Position numbers and translations under genes: made by a program | Shown: piece by piece, positions 48,705 to 58,646 of the stretch | How positions within the stretch are numbered: the stretch's first letter is position 1 | Layout of the letters: each line of letters opens with the position of its first letter | The notes under the pieces: generated by a model | Seen by the model: only the letters and a program-made list of their open reading frames with translations | The model's database searches: none | Told to the model about the DNA's origin: nothing | NCBI GenBank assembly: GCA_963799485.1 | Contig: CAWCXJ010000004.1 | Coordinates: forward strand, 128,001 to 192,000 | DNA from: an uncultured Trueperaceae bacterium | GTDB taxonomy: Bacteria; Deinococcota; Deinococci; Deinococcales; Trueperaceae | Direction: 5' to 3' | DNA length: 64,000 nt

Positions 48705-50363
48705 ATGCGGCTAGTTATGACGAATCTACCTTGCCTCCCCCTGACCCTTGCGGCAGCCGCTTGCCTTTTGCTACCCACCGCGCTGGCGTCTACCCAGGCT
48801 GCCCCGCAAGCTGCGCCGCAACCCACGCAACAACCCATACAGCAGCCCACGCAGCAAGCGGCCCGCCCGCCGGTGCCGCCCGTTTCCGAATGGCCCGCCG
48901 AGCTGGCGGCCCGCCTCAACCGGCTCCAGGCGCGTATTCAAGCTGAACCGGGCGACCTCAATGCACGGCTCGATTTAGGTGAATTACGGCTCGAGGTCGG
49001 TGACTTCGAGCGCGCCAAACAGAACTTTCTCGCGGCGGTTTCGCTCGATTATATGTCCGCCGACGCACACTTCGGATTGGGTCTTGCCGAGTTCAACCGA
49101 GCGAATTACCGCGCCGCACTCTTTGAATTCAGCGAAGTCACAAGGCTTTTTCCGGAGCGCTTCGACGGACACTTCAACCGCGCGGTGACGCTCGCACAAC
49201 TGCGGCGCAGCGAAGAAGCGGTCGCGGCGTTTCAAGAGGCGCTCGTGCAGGCGTCGCCCGAGGCAGGGCGTGCGGTGCGGGCGAGCGCGCAGCTGGGGTT
49301 AGCGGGTCAGCTCGAGGTTTTAGGCCGCTTCGAGGAGGCCGCCGAAGCTTACGGCGCGGCGATGCGGCTTTCCAAACGGACGCCGACGCTCATCATGGCG
49401 CAGAGCGAAGCGCTCTACCGGGCAGGGCGGGGACTCGAGGCGCTCCCGGCGCTGACAGCCCTCGAGGCGGAAAACTATGAAGCCAGCACCTTGGTTGCCA
49501 GTATCTATCTCGAGGCCAAGCAAACCGACTACGCACTCGCCGCGCTTAACCGCGCGCGTAGCCGAGCCGCCGAGAGCGGCGACGTTCAGGCCGAGTCGGA
49601 CGTGCTTTTACAACTCGGTTTGCTGCGCCGCAGTCTGGGCCGCAACGCCGCGGCGGCGCGCGCGTTTGCCGCCGCTGCCGAACTGACGCCGGAGTCGGGT
49701 GGCGCATTTTACAACCTGGGCGTGAGCTACCTGGAAACGGGTCAACCGCAACGCGCACTCGCCCCGCTACAAAACGCGCTCACCGCCGAACGTGTCCAGG
49801 GTGAGGTCAGCGGCGAGGTTCTCTTGGCGCTCGCCACGGCCTACGACCAGCTCGGTCAACCTGCCGACGCGCAGCGTACCGCAGAGGCGGCCCGGAGCCG
49901 CCTGACGACCCGTCCACTGCGTCTCGACGCGACTGCGATTTCGGGCCGCGCCCTCTACCGCGCGGGCAACTACCGGGGCGCGCTCATCGCGCTTAAAGAG
50001 GTCGCCGAAGCCCGCCCCAACGACGCGCAGGCGCAGCTCTGGGCGGGGTTGGCGTACTACCAGCAGGGCGACTACACCGAAGCGACCTCGTTTTACGAAC
50101 GCGCCGTCAGCCTCGAGCCCGACGACCTCGACGCGCGCCTCAACTTGGGCGCGGCTTACCTGGCGACCGAACGTTACGCCGACGCCGAGAGCGTCTACAC
50201 GCTGCTCGTTCAGCAAAACGGCGAAGACGCCGAGGCGTTCTACAACCTGGGCTGGGCGCTCTACTCACAAGGGTTGGTCGACGCGGCACAAACGGCCTGG
50301 GCTTCTGCCTCCGAACTCGGTTACGAACCCGCGCAGACGGCGCTGAGCGAATACACCGAATAA
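48705..50363 (+). CDS. Secreted TPR-repeat protein
   Basis: Signal-like N-terminus, Q/P-rich linker, many TPRs (AHFGLGLA, AFYNLG); start uncertain (48681/48705/48717). Confidence 0.85.
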   Translation: MRLVMTNLPCLPLTLAAAACLLLPTALASTQAAPQAAPQPTQQPIQQPTQQAARPPVPPVSEWPAELAARLNRLQARIQAEPGDLNARLDLGELRLEVGDFERAKQNFLAAVSLDYMSADAHFGLGLAEFNRANYRAALFEFSEVTRLFPERFDGHFNRAVTLAQLRRSEEAVAAFQEALVQASPEAGRAVRASAQLGLAGQLEVLGRFEEAAEAYGAAMRLSKRTPTLIMAQSEALYRAGRGLEALPALTALEAENYEASTLVASIYLEAKQTDYALAALNRARSRAAESGDVQAESDVLLQLGLLRRSLGRNAAAARAFAAAAELTPESGGAFYNLGVSYLETGQPQRALAPLQNALTAERVQGEVSGEVLLALATAYDQLGQPADAQRTAEAARSRLTTRPLRLDATAISGRALYRAGNYRGALIALKEVAEARPNDAQAQLWAGLAYYQQGDYTEATSFYERAVSLEPDDLDARLNLGAAYLATERYADAESVYTLLVQQNGEDAEAFYNLGWALYSQGLVDAAQTAWASASELGYEPAQTALSEYTE

Positions 50364-50476
50364 GCAGGGAAGCGCGGCAAACAAGCGGCGGCCTTAGGTA
50401 TACGAACATGTACCCGACGCCGCCGCTCCTTAGGGAGTTCTTACTCAAGACGGTAGTTTAGCCTTACAATAAGGTC

Positions 50477-51595
50477 ATGGATTGGTTAAGACGTAATTGG
50501 CCCGACCTTATTATCGGCGTGGCGCTCGTCGCGGTTGTGGCGCTGATTGTAGTGACGCTGCTCAGCGGCGGGTCGCTGGCCTCGCTTGTACGGCGGGACA
50601 ACCCCCCTGAGCTTTCGGTTACCGATACGACACCGGACACAGCTGTAGGTTCGGCAGCTTCAGTAGCGGGCTCGAGCGACCCTCAAACAGCCGACAACGC
50701 CACCTCCGGTACGGCTGGTAACGCCGGAACGAACAGCGCTGACGGCGGCGTCGACGTGTTCGTCCCCGGTATCCCCGGAGGTCAGGCCGGTGTAGCCGCG
50801 AGCACCTCGGGCGGTCAAGCTCAGGCGAGTACGACGCCCGGCACGGAAGGCGCGGCATCTGGAGGTATTGCCCAGAGTGGTGTCCAGGGTAATCAAGCTG
50901 ACGCTGCCCCCAGTGGGCCGCTACCCGAAGCGGCGCAAAACGGCGGTTTCCGGGTGGCAGCGGGCGCAGTGGACTCGAGAGACGCCGCTGCCAGCCTCGC
51001 CGAGAGTTTTCGCGAAGCCGACTATACCGTTACGGTCGAGCAGCAAGGCAACCTGTATCTCCTCTGGGTCGGCCCTTACGCGACCAGAGCCGGTGCCGAC
51101 CGGGTGGCGGCGCGCCTGCAAACAGACGGTCTGGTACCCGACGCGCTCGTTTATACCTATAGCGGCCCGGACAGCGCTAACGCAAATACCGGCCCGGATA
51201 GCAGTTCAGGCGGCAACGTAGCGGCAGCAGGCGACGCAGCAGCGGCCACGACCGCAGATACAGCTTCGGGAACTGCTACGACACCCTCTGAAAACACCGG
51301 GGCGGCGTCTACAGGCAACGCGGCTAACGCGGTCGCCACAGCTCCTACAGGTAACGCCGCAACCGCCGGTACTACCGGGCCGCGTTACCTGCAGGTCGGT
51401 GCGTTCACTTCGGATGAGCGTGCCCAACCTTTACGTGACCAGTTGGGGGCTCTCGGTTTCACCGTCACCCGTCGCCAATCGGACACCGGTCTGGTGCGGC
51501 TTTTAGTCGGCCCCTTCGGTGACGCACAGCTCGTTCAGACTCAGGCACGCCTGCAAGATGCAGGCATCCCCGACGCGTTTCCGGTTACGCCCTAG
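50477..51595 (+). CDS. Membrane-anchored protein with two SPOR domains
   Basis: N-terminal TM, low-complexity linkers, FRVAAGA...LWVGPY and YLQVGAF...LLVGPF. Confidence 0.85.
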   Translation: MDWLRRNWPDLIIGVALVAVVALIVVTLLSGGSLASLVRRDNPPELSVTDTTPDTAVGSAASVAGSSDPQTADNATSGTAGNAGTNSADGGVDVFVPGIPGGQAGVAASTSGGQAQASTTPGTEGAASGGIAQSGVQGNQADAAPSGPLPEAAQNGGFRVAAGAVDSRDAAASLAESFREADYTVTVEQQGNLYLLWVGPYATRAGADRVAARLQTDGLVPDALVYTYSGPDSANANTGPDSSSGGNVAAAGDAAAATTADTASGTATTPSENTGAASTGNAANAVATAPTGNAATAGTTGPRYLQVGAFTSDERAQPLRDQLGALGFTVTRRQSDTGLVRLLVGPFGDAQLVQTQARLQDAGIPDAFPVTP

Positions 51596-52237
51596 ATGTC
51601 GTCCGTTCCGACCGCGACGGTCAGCCGCCTCGTCACCTATTTGCGGATTCTGGCGCGACTCGAGGCGCAGGGCATCAAAAAAACCTCGTCGGAACACCTC
51701 GCCGACGAAGCGCACGTTTCAGCCTTTCAGGTGCGTAAAGACCTGGCTTATTTCGGGCGTTTCGGCACGCGTGGGGCGGGCTACACCGTCCCGACTCTGC
51801 GCCGTGAACTCCGCCGGATTTTGGGTCTGACACGGCCCTGGAGCGCTGCTGTCGTCGGGGTCGGGCGGCTCGGTGAAGCGATTCTCAACTACCCCAACTT
51901 CGGGGATTACGACTTTTCGGTTAAAGGCGTGTTCGATATCGACCCGCATAAGGTCGGTCAGGAAATTGCCGGGCTCAAGGTTAGTCACCTCGACGACCTA
52001 CCCAAAGTCGTGCGTGAAAAAGGCGTCGATATTGGCCTCATCACCGTGCCGCAAACCGCCGCGCAAGACGCCGCCGACGCGCTTGTCCGGGCCGGAGTAC
52101 GCGGGATTTTGAACTTTGCCCCAACAATTTTAGAGGTTCCCAGAGAAGTTCACGTCGAGCCCGTCGATTTTATGGCAGGTCTAAAACGCCTATCGTTTTA
52201 TATTTTGAACCCGCAACTCCGCGAAGAACTGGCCTAA
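51596..52237 (+). CDS. rex: Redox-sensing transcriptional repressor Rex
   Basis: TVSRLVTYLR, QVRKDLAYFG..GTRGAGY, VGVGRLG, GILNFAP. Confidence 0.96.
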   Translation: MSSVPTATVSRLVTYLRILARLEAQGIKKTSSEHLADEAHVSAFQVRKDLAYFGRFGTRGAGYTVPTLRRELRRILGLTRPWSAAVVGVGRLGEAILNYPNFGDYDFSVKGVFDIDPHKVGQEIAGLKVSHLDDLPKVVREKGVDIGLITVPQTAAQDAADALVRAGVRGILNFAPTILEVPREVHVEPVDFMAGLKRLSFYILNPQLREELA

Positions 52238-52485
52238 AAACCGCCTGTATCCAGAATGTTATTTTTTTTACACTTTTCTTGAGAAGCAGAATAAAACCTC
52301 CGCCGCACTTACCGAAGAGGCGTAAAACATAAGCGCGGGACGCGTCACACACGCTAACTTCACATGCAGGCAGGTTTTCTGGATGCTGCTCCACCAAGCG
52401 TCTTGTAATTTGCAAACGGAAACTTCTAAAATGGCTGTGGTACTTTTACCTGCCGGTCGTGTCTGCCCAGCCTATCCTGAGCGCT

Positions 52486-53076
52486 ATGAAGAGTGTTCAG
52501 AAAAGATTTATATACGGGGCTCTATTTGCAGTTCTCGTCCTCTTGAGCGCGTGCAGCCGTGGCTTTAGTGCCAGCACCTACAGTTTTGATGTTGCTCTTG
52601 ACCCTAGCCCACTCGGTTGGAATGTTACTCCGGCGGGGATTGAATTTTTCTCTCAAATCCTTACCTTTAACAGCAGGGCCGGTGCCGTAGGTGCGACTAT
52701 CGAAGGCTACCACATTGAATACCTCGACTCGAGTGGCAACAACGCGTTTCCCGGTGACTCGGTACAGTTCTCTGAAGGCTCGCTTAACGTCCGCGTCCCT
52801 CCCGGCATCCGTTGCCCGGCTTTTGCCGAGGGTGAAGTCGATGAATGCACGGTTAATACACCCGGCGTCGTTTTTACGCGTGGCGAGCCTGTGTCCTCGG
52901 CTCCAACGACGATGTTGCCGCTAGATGTCATCTTACAGCTCGAAGACCTTATCGGAATTGGCGGTGCTGTTGGCGCTACGGCCAATGTGACTTTTTACGG
53001 TACCGATGACCTTCAGCGTCCATTCAAAAGTAAACCTTACCAATTCGCCATTACGCGCTCGCTAGTTGGTGGCTAA
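52486..53076 (+). CDS. Beta-rich lipoprotein, hypothetical
   Basis: Lipobox LLSAC; beta-strand pattern; one further Cys pair; TATCCT 7 nt before ATG. Confidence 0.75.
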   Translation: MKSVQKRFIYGALFAVLVLLSACSRGFSASTYSFDVALDPSPLGWNVTPAGIEFFSQILTFNSRAGAVGATIEGYHIEYLDSSGNNAFPGDSVQFSEGSLNVRVPPGIRCPAFAEGEVDECTVNTPGVVFTRGEPVSSAPTTMLPLDVILQLEDLIGIGGAVGATANVTFYGTDDLQRPFKSKPYQFAITRSLVGG

Positions 53077-55095
53077 ATGAAGCGTTCGCTTTTTTGCTCG
53101 GTGCTAGGACTGTTCTTACTAGCTTCTTGCAGCAAGACCTCAACGAACGCAGATACCGAACCCGACGTGGCCATTACCCGGATTTCCGGTCCGCTGCTCG
53201 TCTCTCAGCAAGCTCCCGAGTCAGGTGGTGCCGGTTCAGTAGGAACGCCCTATAATGCGCCTAACCTGCTTAATCCGAAAGCTGGGCCGGTTGTGGTCGC
53301 CGCCTCGAGCCTCTACGACCCGGTGACGGGGCAAACCGCCCAGAATCCGTTGTCGGTATACGTGGTGGCTTCCGACGAAACCAGTGTCGAGCAGGTAGCC
53401 TTGTTTCAAGACGACACCCTTGTCGGCACGAGGACGAAGGCCGAAGACAAGACTGCGTTCAAAAACCCTTTTGTCTTTCCCAAACCGGGGAGCGCGCAGT
53501 CTTCAGTCACAATTCAGGGAACTTCCAGCGGAATGCTCAGCACGCAGCTGCGCGCGGTCGCAACCGATTCATCGGGACAGGTCACCGAGTCTGCGCCGCT
53601 CGAGTTACAAGTTGACGGTAGCCGTCCCGACTTGAGCGCTTCGGTAAGCGGTAGTTCGCCCTACTCGAGCACAACCCCGGTGACGTTGACAGGCTCGGCT
53701 GCCGACCCGGAAACAGGCATCAGCAGCTTCGAGGTCACGCTTAACGGCGCGGCTATCCCGGTAGACGCGTCGAACAGCTTCAGCACGACCCAGATCTTGA
53801 GCGCCGGGACGCAGACGTTGATACTGACAGCCATCAACGGGGTTTTTGTACCCAATCAGCGAACCTATACCTTTCAGGTCGAAGAGGCTACCGACGGGGG
53901 TGGCGGCGGCGGCGCGAGCAATCAGGCTCCCACCGTCAGCCTTTTGGCGGCCCCACTTACCGGCGACGCACCCCTGACCGTCAGCTTTACGGCGAGTGCC
54001 AACGACCTAGACGGCGATGAAGTCACCTATTTGTACAGTTTTGGCGACGGTGAAACGATTGCCGGTGCGCCCGCTGCGAGCCACACCTATACCGAAGCCG
54101 GAACCTATACGGCGACGGTAACAGTAGACGACGGCAAAGGCGGAACAGCTTCGGATTCGGTGAACATCACCGTAGCAGGCGGTAGCGGTGGGGATAACGG
54201 CGGCAGCGACAACCAAGCGCCAAGTGTGTCACTCGCGGCGACGCCGACTTCGGGCAGTGCCCCCCTGACGGTCGAGCTAACGGCAGCGGCGACCGACCCG
54301 GATGACGACGCGCTCACCTATACCTGGAATTTCGGCAACGGCGACACGACGACCGGCAGCGGCACGCAGAGCCAGACTTACGATGAGGCCGGAAGTTACA
54401 CCGTAACCGTTACGGTAGGCGATGGTAACGGCGGAACCGACGCCGCCTCTACCAATATTTCGGTAACCTCCGAAGATGGCGGTGGAAGTGGCGGCAGTCA
54501 AGACCCGGCTGTATCGATTGATGGCGATGAAGCGCGCACGTTTACTGTAGGCCAAGCTCAGGACCTCGCCGCATCTGTCGCCAACTTGGGCGACGACGTA
54601 GTGTATCAGTGGAGTGTGACGGCTGGAACTGCTGAAAATGTCTCGTTCGCGGATGCGACCGCTGAGGATACAACTGTCACCTTCAGTGCTGCAGGCCCCT
54701 TTACGCTGACGCTGACTGCTGCTGACGGTACAAACACCGTCACCGATACCGTCACCTTTACAGCAGTTGCCGATAGTGGCGGCGACGACGGGGGTACGGA
54801 TGGGAATGATGACAACGGCGGTGTAAGCGCGGTAAACGACTCCGTTAAAACAGCCAGGGGAAAAACTGTCACCATCAAGGTGCTTGCCAACGACAAGCCG
54901 AGCGTTCAGGCCTTGACGATTGTCGCCGCGACGAGCCCGCAAAAGGGCGGTACGGTCGAAATCAGCCGCGACAGCAGAACGATTGTCTACACACCGCCGA
55001 GCGGCTTTACCGGCAGAGATACGTTTCGCTACACCGTAAAAGATTCAGACGGCAACAGTGCCGGGGCCCGGGTCTACGTACAGGTCGGCTCCTAG
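53077..55095 (+). CDS. Surface lipoprotein with Ig-like, two PKD and cadherin-like (Big_9) domains
   Basis: Lipobox LLASC; two PKD repeats (NQAP...APLTV...FGDG/FGNG...TY..AG.YT.TVTV); C-terminal AVND...VLAND...YTPPSGFTGRDTFRYTV. Confidence 0.85.
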   Translation: MKRSLFCSVLGLFLLASCSKTSTNADTEPDVAITRISGPLLVSQQAPESGGAGSVGTPYNAPNLLNPKAGPVVVAASSLYDPVTGQTAQNPLSVYVVASDETSVEQVALFQDDTLVGTRTKAEDKTAFKNPFVFPKPGSAQSSVTIQGTSSGMLSTQLRAVATDSSGQVTESAPLELQVDGSRPDLSASVSGSSPYSSTTPVTLTGSAADPETGISSFEVTLNGAAIPVDASNSFSTTQILSAGTQTLILTAINGVFVPNQRTYTFQVEEATDGGGGGGASNQAPTVSLLAAPLTGDAPLTVSFTASANDLDGDEVTYLYSFGDGETIAGAPAASHTYTEAGTYTATVTVDDGKGGTASDSVNITVAGGSGGDNGGSDNQAPSVSLAATPTSGSAPLTVELTAAATDPDDDALTYTWNFGNGDTTTGSGTQSQTYDEAGSYTVTVTVGDGNGGTDAASTNISVTSEDGGGSGGSQDPAVSIDGDEARTFTVGQAQDLAASVANLGDDVVYQWSVTAGTAENVSFADATAEDTTVTFSAAGPFTLTLTAADGTNTVTDTVTFTAVADSGGDDGGTDGNDDNGGVSAVNDSVKTARGKTVTIKVLANDKPSVQALTIVAATSPQKGGTVEISRDSRTIVYTPPSGFTGRDTFRYTVKDSDGNSAGARVYVQVGS

Positions 55096-55114
55096 AACAC
55101 TACGGTGTTACGCG

Positions 55115-55140
55115 AGAGACCCTTCGGGGTCTTTTTTTTA
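55115..55140 (+). terminator. Intrinsic terminator
   Basis: AGACCC-TTCG-GGGTCT followed by a T-run. Confidence 0.85.
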
Positions 55141-55196
55141 GATGGCGGAGTTTAGGCTCGAGCAGCCCAAGGCCGTTTCACCCTCTATACTGAACT

Positions 55197-56165
55197 GTGT
55201 CTGAACCTGTATCCAGAGTATTTGAACTTCTAAAAACCGACCTCACCGATTTTGAAACGCGGCTCGCCGCCGAACTGCGCTCTTCGGTCGACTTTATCGA
55301 CGCGATCGGCGAAGACCTGGCGAGTGCGGGCGGCAAACGTTTACGCCCGAGTTTAGCGTTTTTAGCCGGGCGACTTCTGGGTGGGGACCGTGAACAGGCG
55401 CTGCAGGTCGCGCTCGCCGTCGAACTCTTGCATTCGGCGTCGCTCTTGCACGACGACCTCATTGACGACGCCGACACCCGGCGCGGCGTCGACGCTGCTT
55501 TTCGGCGTTACGGCAACGTCGTGAGCGTCATGTCGGGCGACTTTATGCTGGCGCGAGTGCTGGGCATCCTAGCCCGCTCCCGAAGCCCTGAATTTACCCA
55601 GCTGATGTCGGAAACGGCGGCGCGTATCTGCGAGGCAGAAGTGCTGCAGTTCGAGATGGCGACTTTAGAGACCTATTCGCTCGAGAACTATTTTACGATT
55701 ATCGACGGCAAAACGGCGGTGCTGTTTGCCGCAGCGCTCGTAGGGGTCGCGCTCTTGACGGGTGCGCCGGAGGCCGAGCGGCGGGCGCTCCAAACTTACG
55801 GGATGTACTACGGGCGGGCGTTTCAGCTGCAAGACGATTATCTAGACCTTTTAGGAGACGCAGAAATGCTCGGCAAACCCGTCGGCGGCGACCTGCGTGA
55901 GGGCAAGGCGACGTTTGCCGTGCTAGACCTGCTAAACGCCGGCGTTGCTGAAGCGCGTACAATTTTGCGCCGTCACGGGGCCGGAGCGGACGATACCGCG
56001 CGGATGATTGCGCTCGTGCGGGAACACGGGGCCGACCGGCGCGCCCAGGCTGAAATCGAACGCTCGGCACGTGCGGCGCTGGGTGCGCTCTCGGTTTTTG
56101 GCCCGTCGCCTGCTAGAGATATGCTTAGCAGCCTTGCCGAGCGGGAGCTGGTCCGGGTCGCCTAA
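55197..56165 (+). CDS. Polyprenyl diphosphate synthase
   Basis: GGKRLRP, LLHDDLID..RRG (FARM), FQLQDDYLD (SARM), DLREGK. Confidence 0.93.
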   Translation: MSEPVSRVFELLKTDLTDFETRLAAELRSSVDFIDAIGEDLASAGGKRLRPSLAFLAGRLLGGDREQALQVALAVELLHSASLLHDDLIDDADTRRGVDAAFRRYGNVVSVMSGDFMLARVLGILARSRSPEFTQLMSETAARICEAEVLQFEMATLETYSLENYFTIIDGKTAVLFAAALVGVALLTGAPEAERRALQTYGMYYGRAFQLQDDYLDLLGDAEMLGKPVGGDLREGKATFAVLDLLNAGVAEARTILRRHGAGADDTARMIALVREHGADRRAQAEIERSARAALGALSVFGPSPARDMLSSLAERELVRVA

Positions 56166-56180
56166 AAGAAGACGAAAGGG

Positions 56181-57710
56181 TCACGAAGGGGTAGGCTGCC
56201 CCGACCGCGCAGGGCGGAGTCGAGCGCGCTCACGCTCCAAATCTTCGGCCTTCGCCCCGATAGCTGCGAGCATCGAAGGAAAGATAAAGAGGTGGAACGG
56301 ATACATCGTCCACCAGTAGAGAAACCCGAACAACCCTTTGGGTTCAAAAAATGCGGTTTGCTGCACTTCACTCTCGCCGTTCTCGGCTTCGCGCACGTCG
56401 AACCTGAGCCACGCCCGTCCCGGCACCTTCATCTCGGCGCGGAGCTGCAGATGGTCGCCCGCTTTGACACTTTCAACACGCCAGAAATCGATGGCGTCGC
56501 CTGCCTGGAGCGTGTTCGGGTCGCGTCGCCCCCGCCGCATCCCGACGCCGCCGACCAGACGGTCTAGCACACCGCGTAGCTGCCAGAGCCAGTCGAAGGT
56601 GTACCAACCCTCTTCGCCGCCAATTCTAACCACTGCCCGAAACGCGCTCTCCGGGCTTGCCTGAAAGTGCTTCACGCGTCGGTCGAAGAGCATCCCTTCG
56701 GTATCTTGGAGTTTGTCGGAAACGGGGGTACCACGCGGCACGGCGGCGAGCGCCCCGCTCCAGAGCGTTTCAATTGCCCCTTGGGTGGTGCGGTCGAGCG
56801 CAAGTTTGACAGCCGTTTCATACGAGATAGGCCGCACCTCGTACGCTTTAGCGGGTTCAGGGTCGTCGACGATGACCTCACTCGTCAGTCCTTCGACGAG
56901 CGGGCGCGCAATCGACGCCGGGATCGGGGTGATGAGGTTGACCCAGTACGACGATAAGCGGGGGCTCAATACCGGGGTGGAAAACATCCGGCGGTTGAGC
57001 CCCCTTATGCGGGCGTAGGTCAGCATCATGTTGCGGTAGGTCATCACGTCCGGACCGCCGATTTCGACGATGTAATGACCTGTGTGATGGTCTGTCGGCG
57101 GCTGCTCTAAAGCGTTTTGCAAGTAGGCGAGAACGTCGCGAATGGCGATAGGTTGCACCTTGGTCTCGACCCATTTGGGTGTAATCATCACGGGTAAGCG
57201 TTCGGCGAGGTAGCGCATCATCTCAAAAGAAATGCTCCCCGACCCGACAATGATGGCGGCGCGAAATTCGGTCACGGGGATTCCGGCAGCGGCGAGGGCT
57301 TCCCCTGTTTGTTGCCTCGAGGCTAAATGCTTCGACATCCCTTTGTGCCCGGCCCCTAGACCGCCCAGGTAGATAATATGTGAAGTTCCGGCGGCTTTGG
57401 CGGCCTCGGCAAAGTTGGTGGCGGCTTTTAAGTCGCGGTTTTCGAACCCTGCCTCGGCGGCCCCCATCGAGTGGATTAGATAGTAGGCGGTGCTTACGTC
57501 TGCCAGGGCAGCTTTTAGGGTTTCGGGCTCGAGTACGTCGGCCTCGACGACCTCGACGTCTTCAAACCAGCTTTTACCGCGCAGCCGCTCCCGGTCACGA
57601 ACCAGGCAGCGAACCCTCAGACCTGCTGCTAAAAGCCTTGGGATGAGCCGACCGCCGATATAACCGGTAGCCCCGGTCACGAGTACAGGTTCCAGTTCAA
57701 CTTGAGACAT
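56181..57710 (-). CDS. SDR/NAD(P)-binding protein with DUF2867 domain (YbjT-like)
   Basis: VTGATGYIGG, YYLIHSM, GSISFEM, DFWRV, AEMKVPGRAWL. Confidence 0.88.
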   Translation of the reverse strand: MSQVELEPVLVTGATGYIGGRLIPRLLAAGLRVRCLVRDRERLRGKSWFEDVEVVEADVLEPETLKAALADVSTAYYLIHSMGAAEAGFENRDLKAATNFAEAAKAAGTSHIIYLGGLGAGHKGMSKHLASRQQTGEALAAAGIPVTEFRAAIIVGSGSISFEMMRYLAERLPVMITPKWVETKVQPIAIRDVLAYLQNALEQPPTDHHTGHYIVEIGGPDVMTYRNMMLTYARIRGLNRRMFSTPVLSPRLSSYWVNLITPIPASIARPLVEGLTSEVIVDDPEPAKAYEVRPISYETAVKLALDRTTQGAIETLWSGALAAVPRGTPVSDKLQDTEGMLFDRRVKHFQASPESAFRAVVRIGGEEGWYTFDWLWQLRGVLDRLVGGVGMRRGRRDPNTLQAGDAIDFWRVESVKAGDHLQLRAEMKVPGRAWLRFDVREAENGESEVQQTAFFEPKGLFGFLYWWTMYPFHLFIFPSMLAAIGAKAEDLERERARLRPARSGQPTPS

Positions 57711-57992
57711 GCTTTAGTGTGCGCGTTTTGAACCTGGAAAACAACGTTCCAGCGCGCGTTTTTCCGAGTGTTCCGGCTGTCTGAAATTGGTGCGGTTCCC
57801 TTCAAACCTGTGTTAAGAGAAGCCTTGCGAGGTAATTTTACGGCACTAAAAAAGCGTCGCCGAAAAGGTTTTCCGAAAAGTGTGCCAAAACGGGTGATTT
57901 TCGGTCTGCGCCAGAAGGCACGTTCTCACCTTTAACAAATGTGCCGGGTCTATACTAGGCGTCCAAAATCGTCTAAAGAGGAGGTGAGGCTT

Positions 57993-58178
57993 GTGAAGAC
58001 CTATGAGTTTAGGCTTGACGGGGACGAAACCGTTCTGGGTACCAAAACTCTGGACAGCGCACCATCAGTCGATGACGATGTAACGCTTGAAGGTAAAACG
58101 TACCGAGTCGATGCTGCACCCGAGGACACCGGAACAGAACCTGTCGTCGTCTATGTTCGCAAAACTACCGGCATCTAA
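57993..58178 (+). CDS. Small acidic hypothetical protein (61 aa)
   Basis: TATACT at 57951, GAGGAGG RBS, GTG start; MKTYEFRLDGDETVLG...VYVRKTTGI. Confidence 0.7.
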   Translation: MKTYEFRLDGDETVLGTKTLDSAPSVDDDVTLEGKTYRVDAAPEDTGTEPVVVYVRKTTGI

Positions 58179-58187
58179 CTAGGTACC

Positions 58188-58226
58188 CTGATTTCACGGT
58201 TTAGCGTGGCTAAACCGTGAAATCAG
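58188..58226. repeat. Perfect 18-bp inverted repeat with 3-nt loop
   Basis: CTGATTTCACGGTTTAGC-gtg-GCTAAACCGTGAAATCAG; no T-tract on either side. Confidence 0.9.
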
Positions 58227-58244
58227 CCGGAGCCGGTCGAGGAG

Positions 58245-58442
58245 GTGGTCGCCACGCTACAAGCCGAAACCACTGCTGAAAGGCGAGTTTACAAGGACAG
58301 CGACCCGGAGCTGTACGAAGCAATCGAGGGCGTTATGTTCTCCGGGGGTACGGAAGTGCAGGTCGATGATCAGCGTTTTAATGTCGCTCGAGACCATGAC
58401 GAAGCAGACAACGCGTACTTTATCCTTACGCCTGTGGGGTAA
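58245..58442 (+). CDS. Small acidic hypothetical protein (~62-65 aa)
   Basis: GAGGAGG RBS; ...ERRVYKDSDPELYEAIEGVMFSGGTEVQVDDQRFNV...; start uncertain. Confidence 0.6.
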   Translation: MVATLQAETTAERRVYKDSDPELYEAIEGVMFSGGTEVQVDDQRFNVARDHDEADNAYFILTPVG

Positions 58443-58646
58443 AGACAAAGGCTGGTCGGCTGCTAAAAGCTAGCGCCCGAAGCGCTTGCACGGTGTTTTA
58501 CGGTGACGTGCCCGTGATAATGACAGCAAGGTGAAAGCCAACGCCCAGCTGACGATAAGGTTTAGCTGGGCGTGCCGGGTCGGATTTACGTTCGACAAGC
58601 GCAAAATGGCCTTTATCAACCTTTTGAAAAGGGCTGTGAGTTTCAT

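Noticed and set aside
52309..52325. TTACCGAAGAGGCGTAA as a radiation-desiccation response motif or Rex box
   Set aside because: Left half-site deviates from the RDRM palindrome, it is not TTGTGAA-N4-TTCACAA, and the downstream gene is not a repair gene
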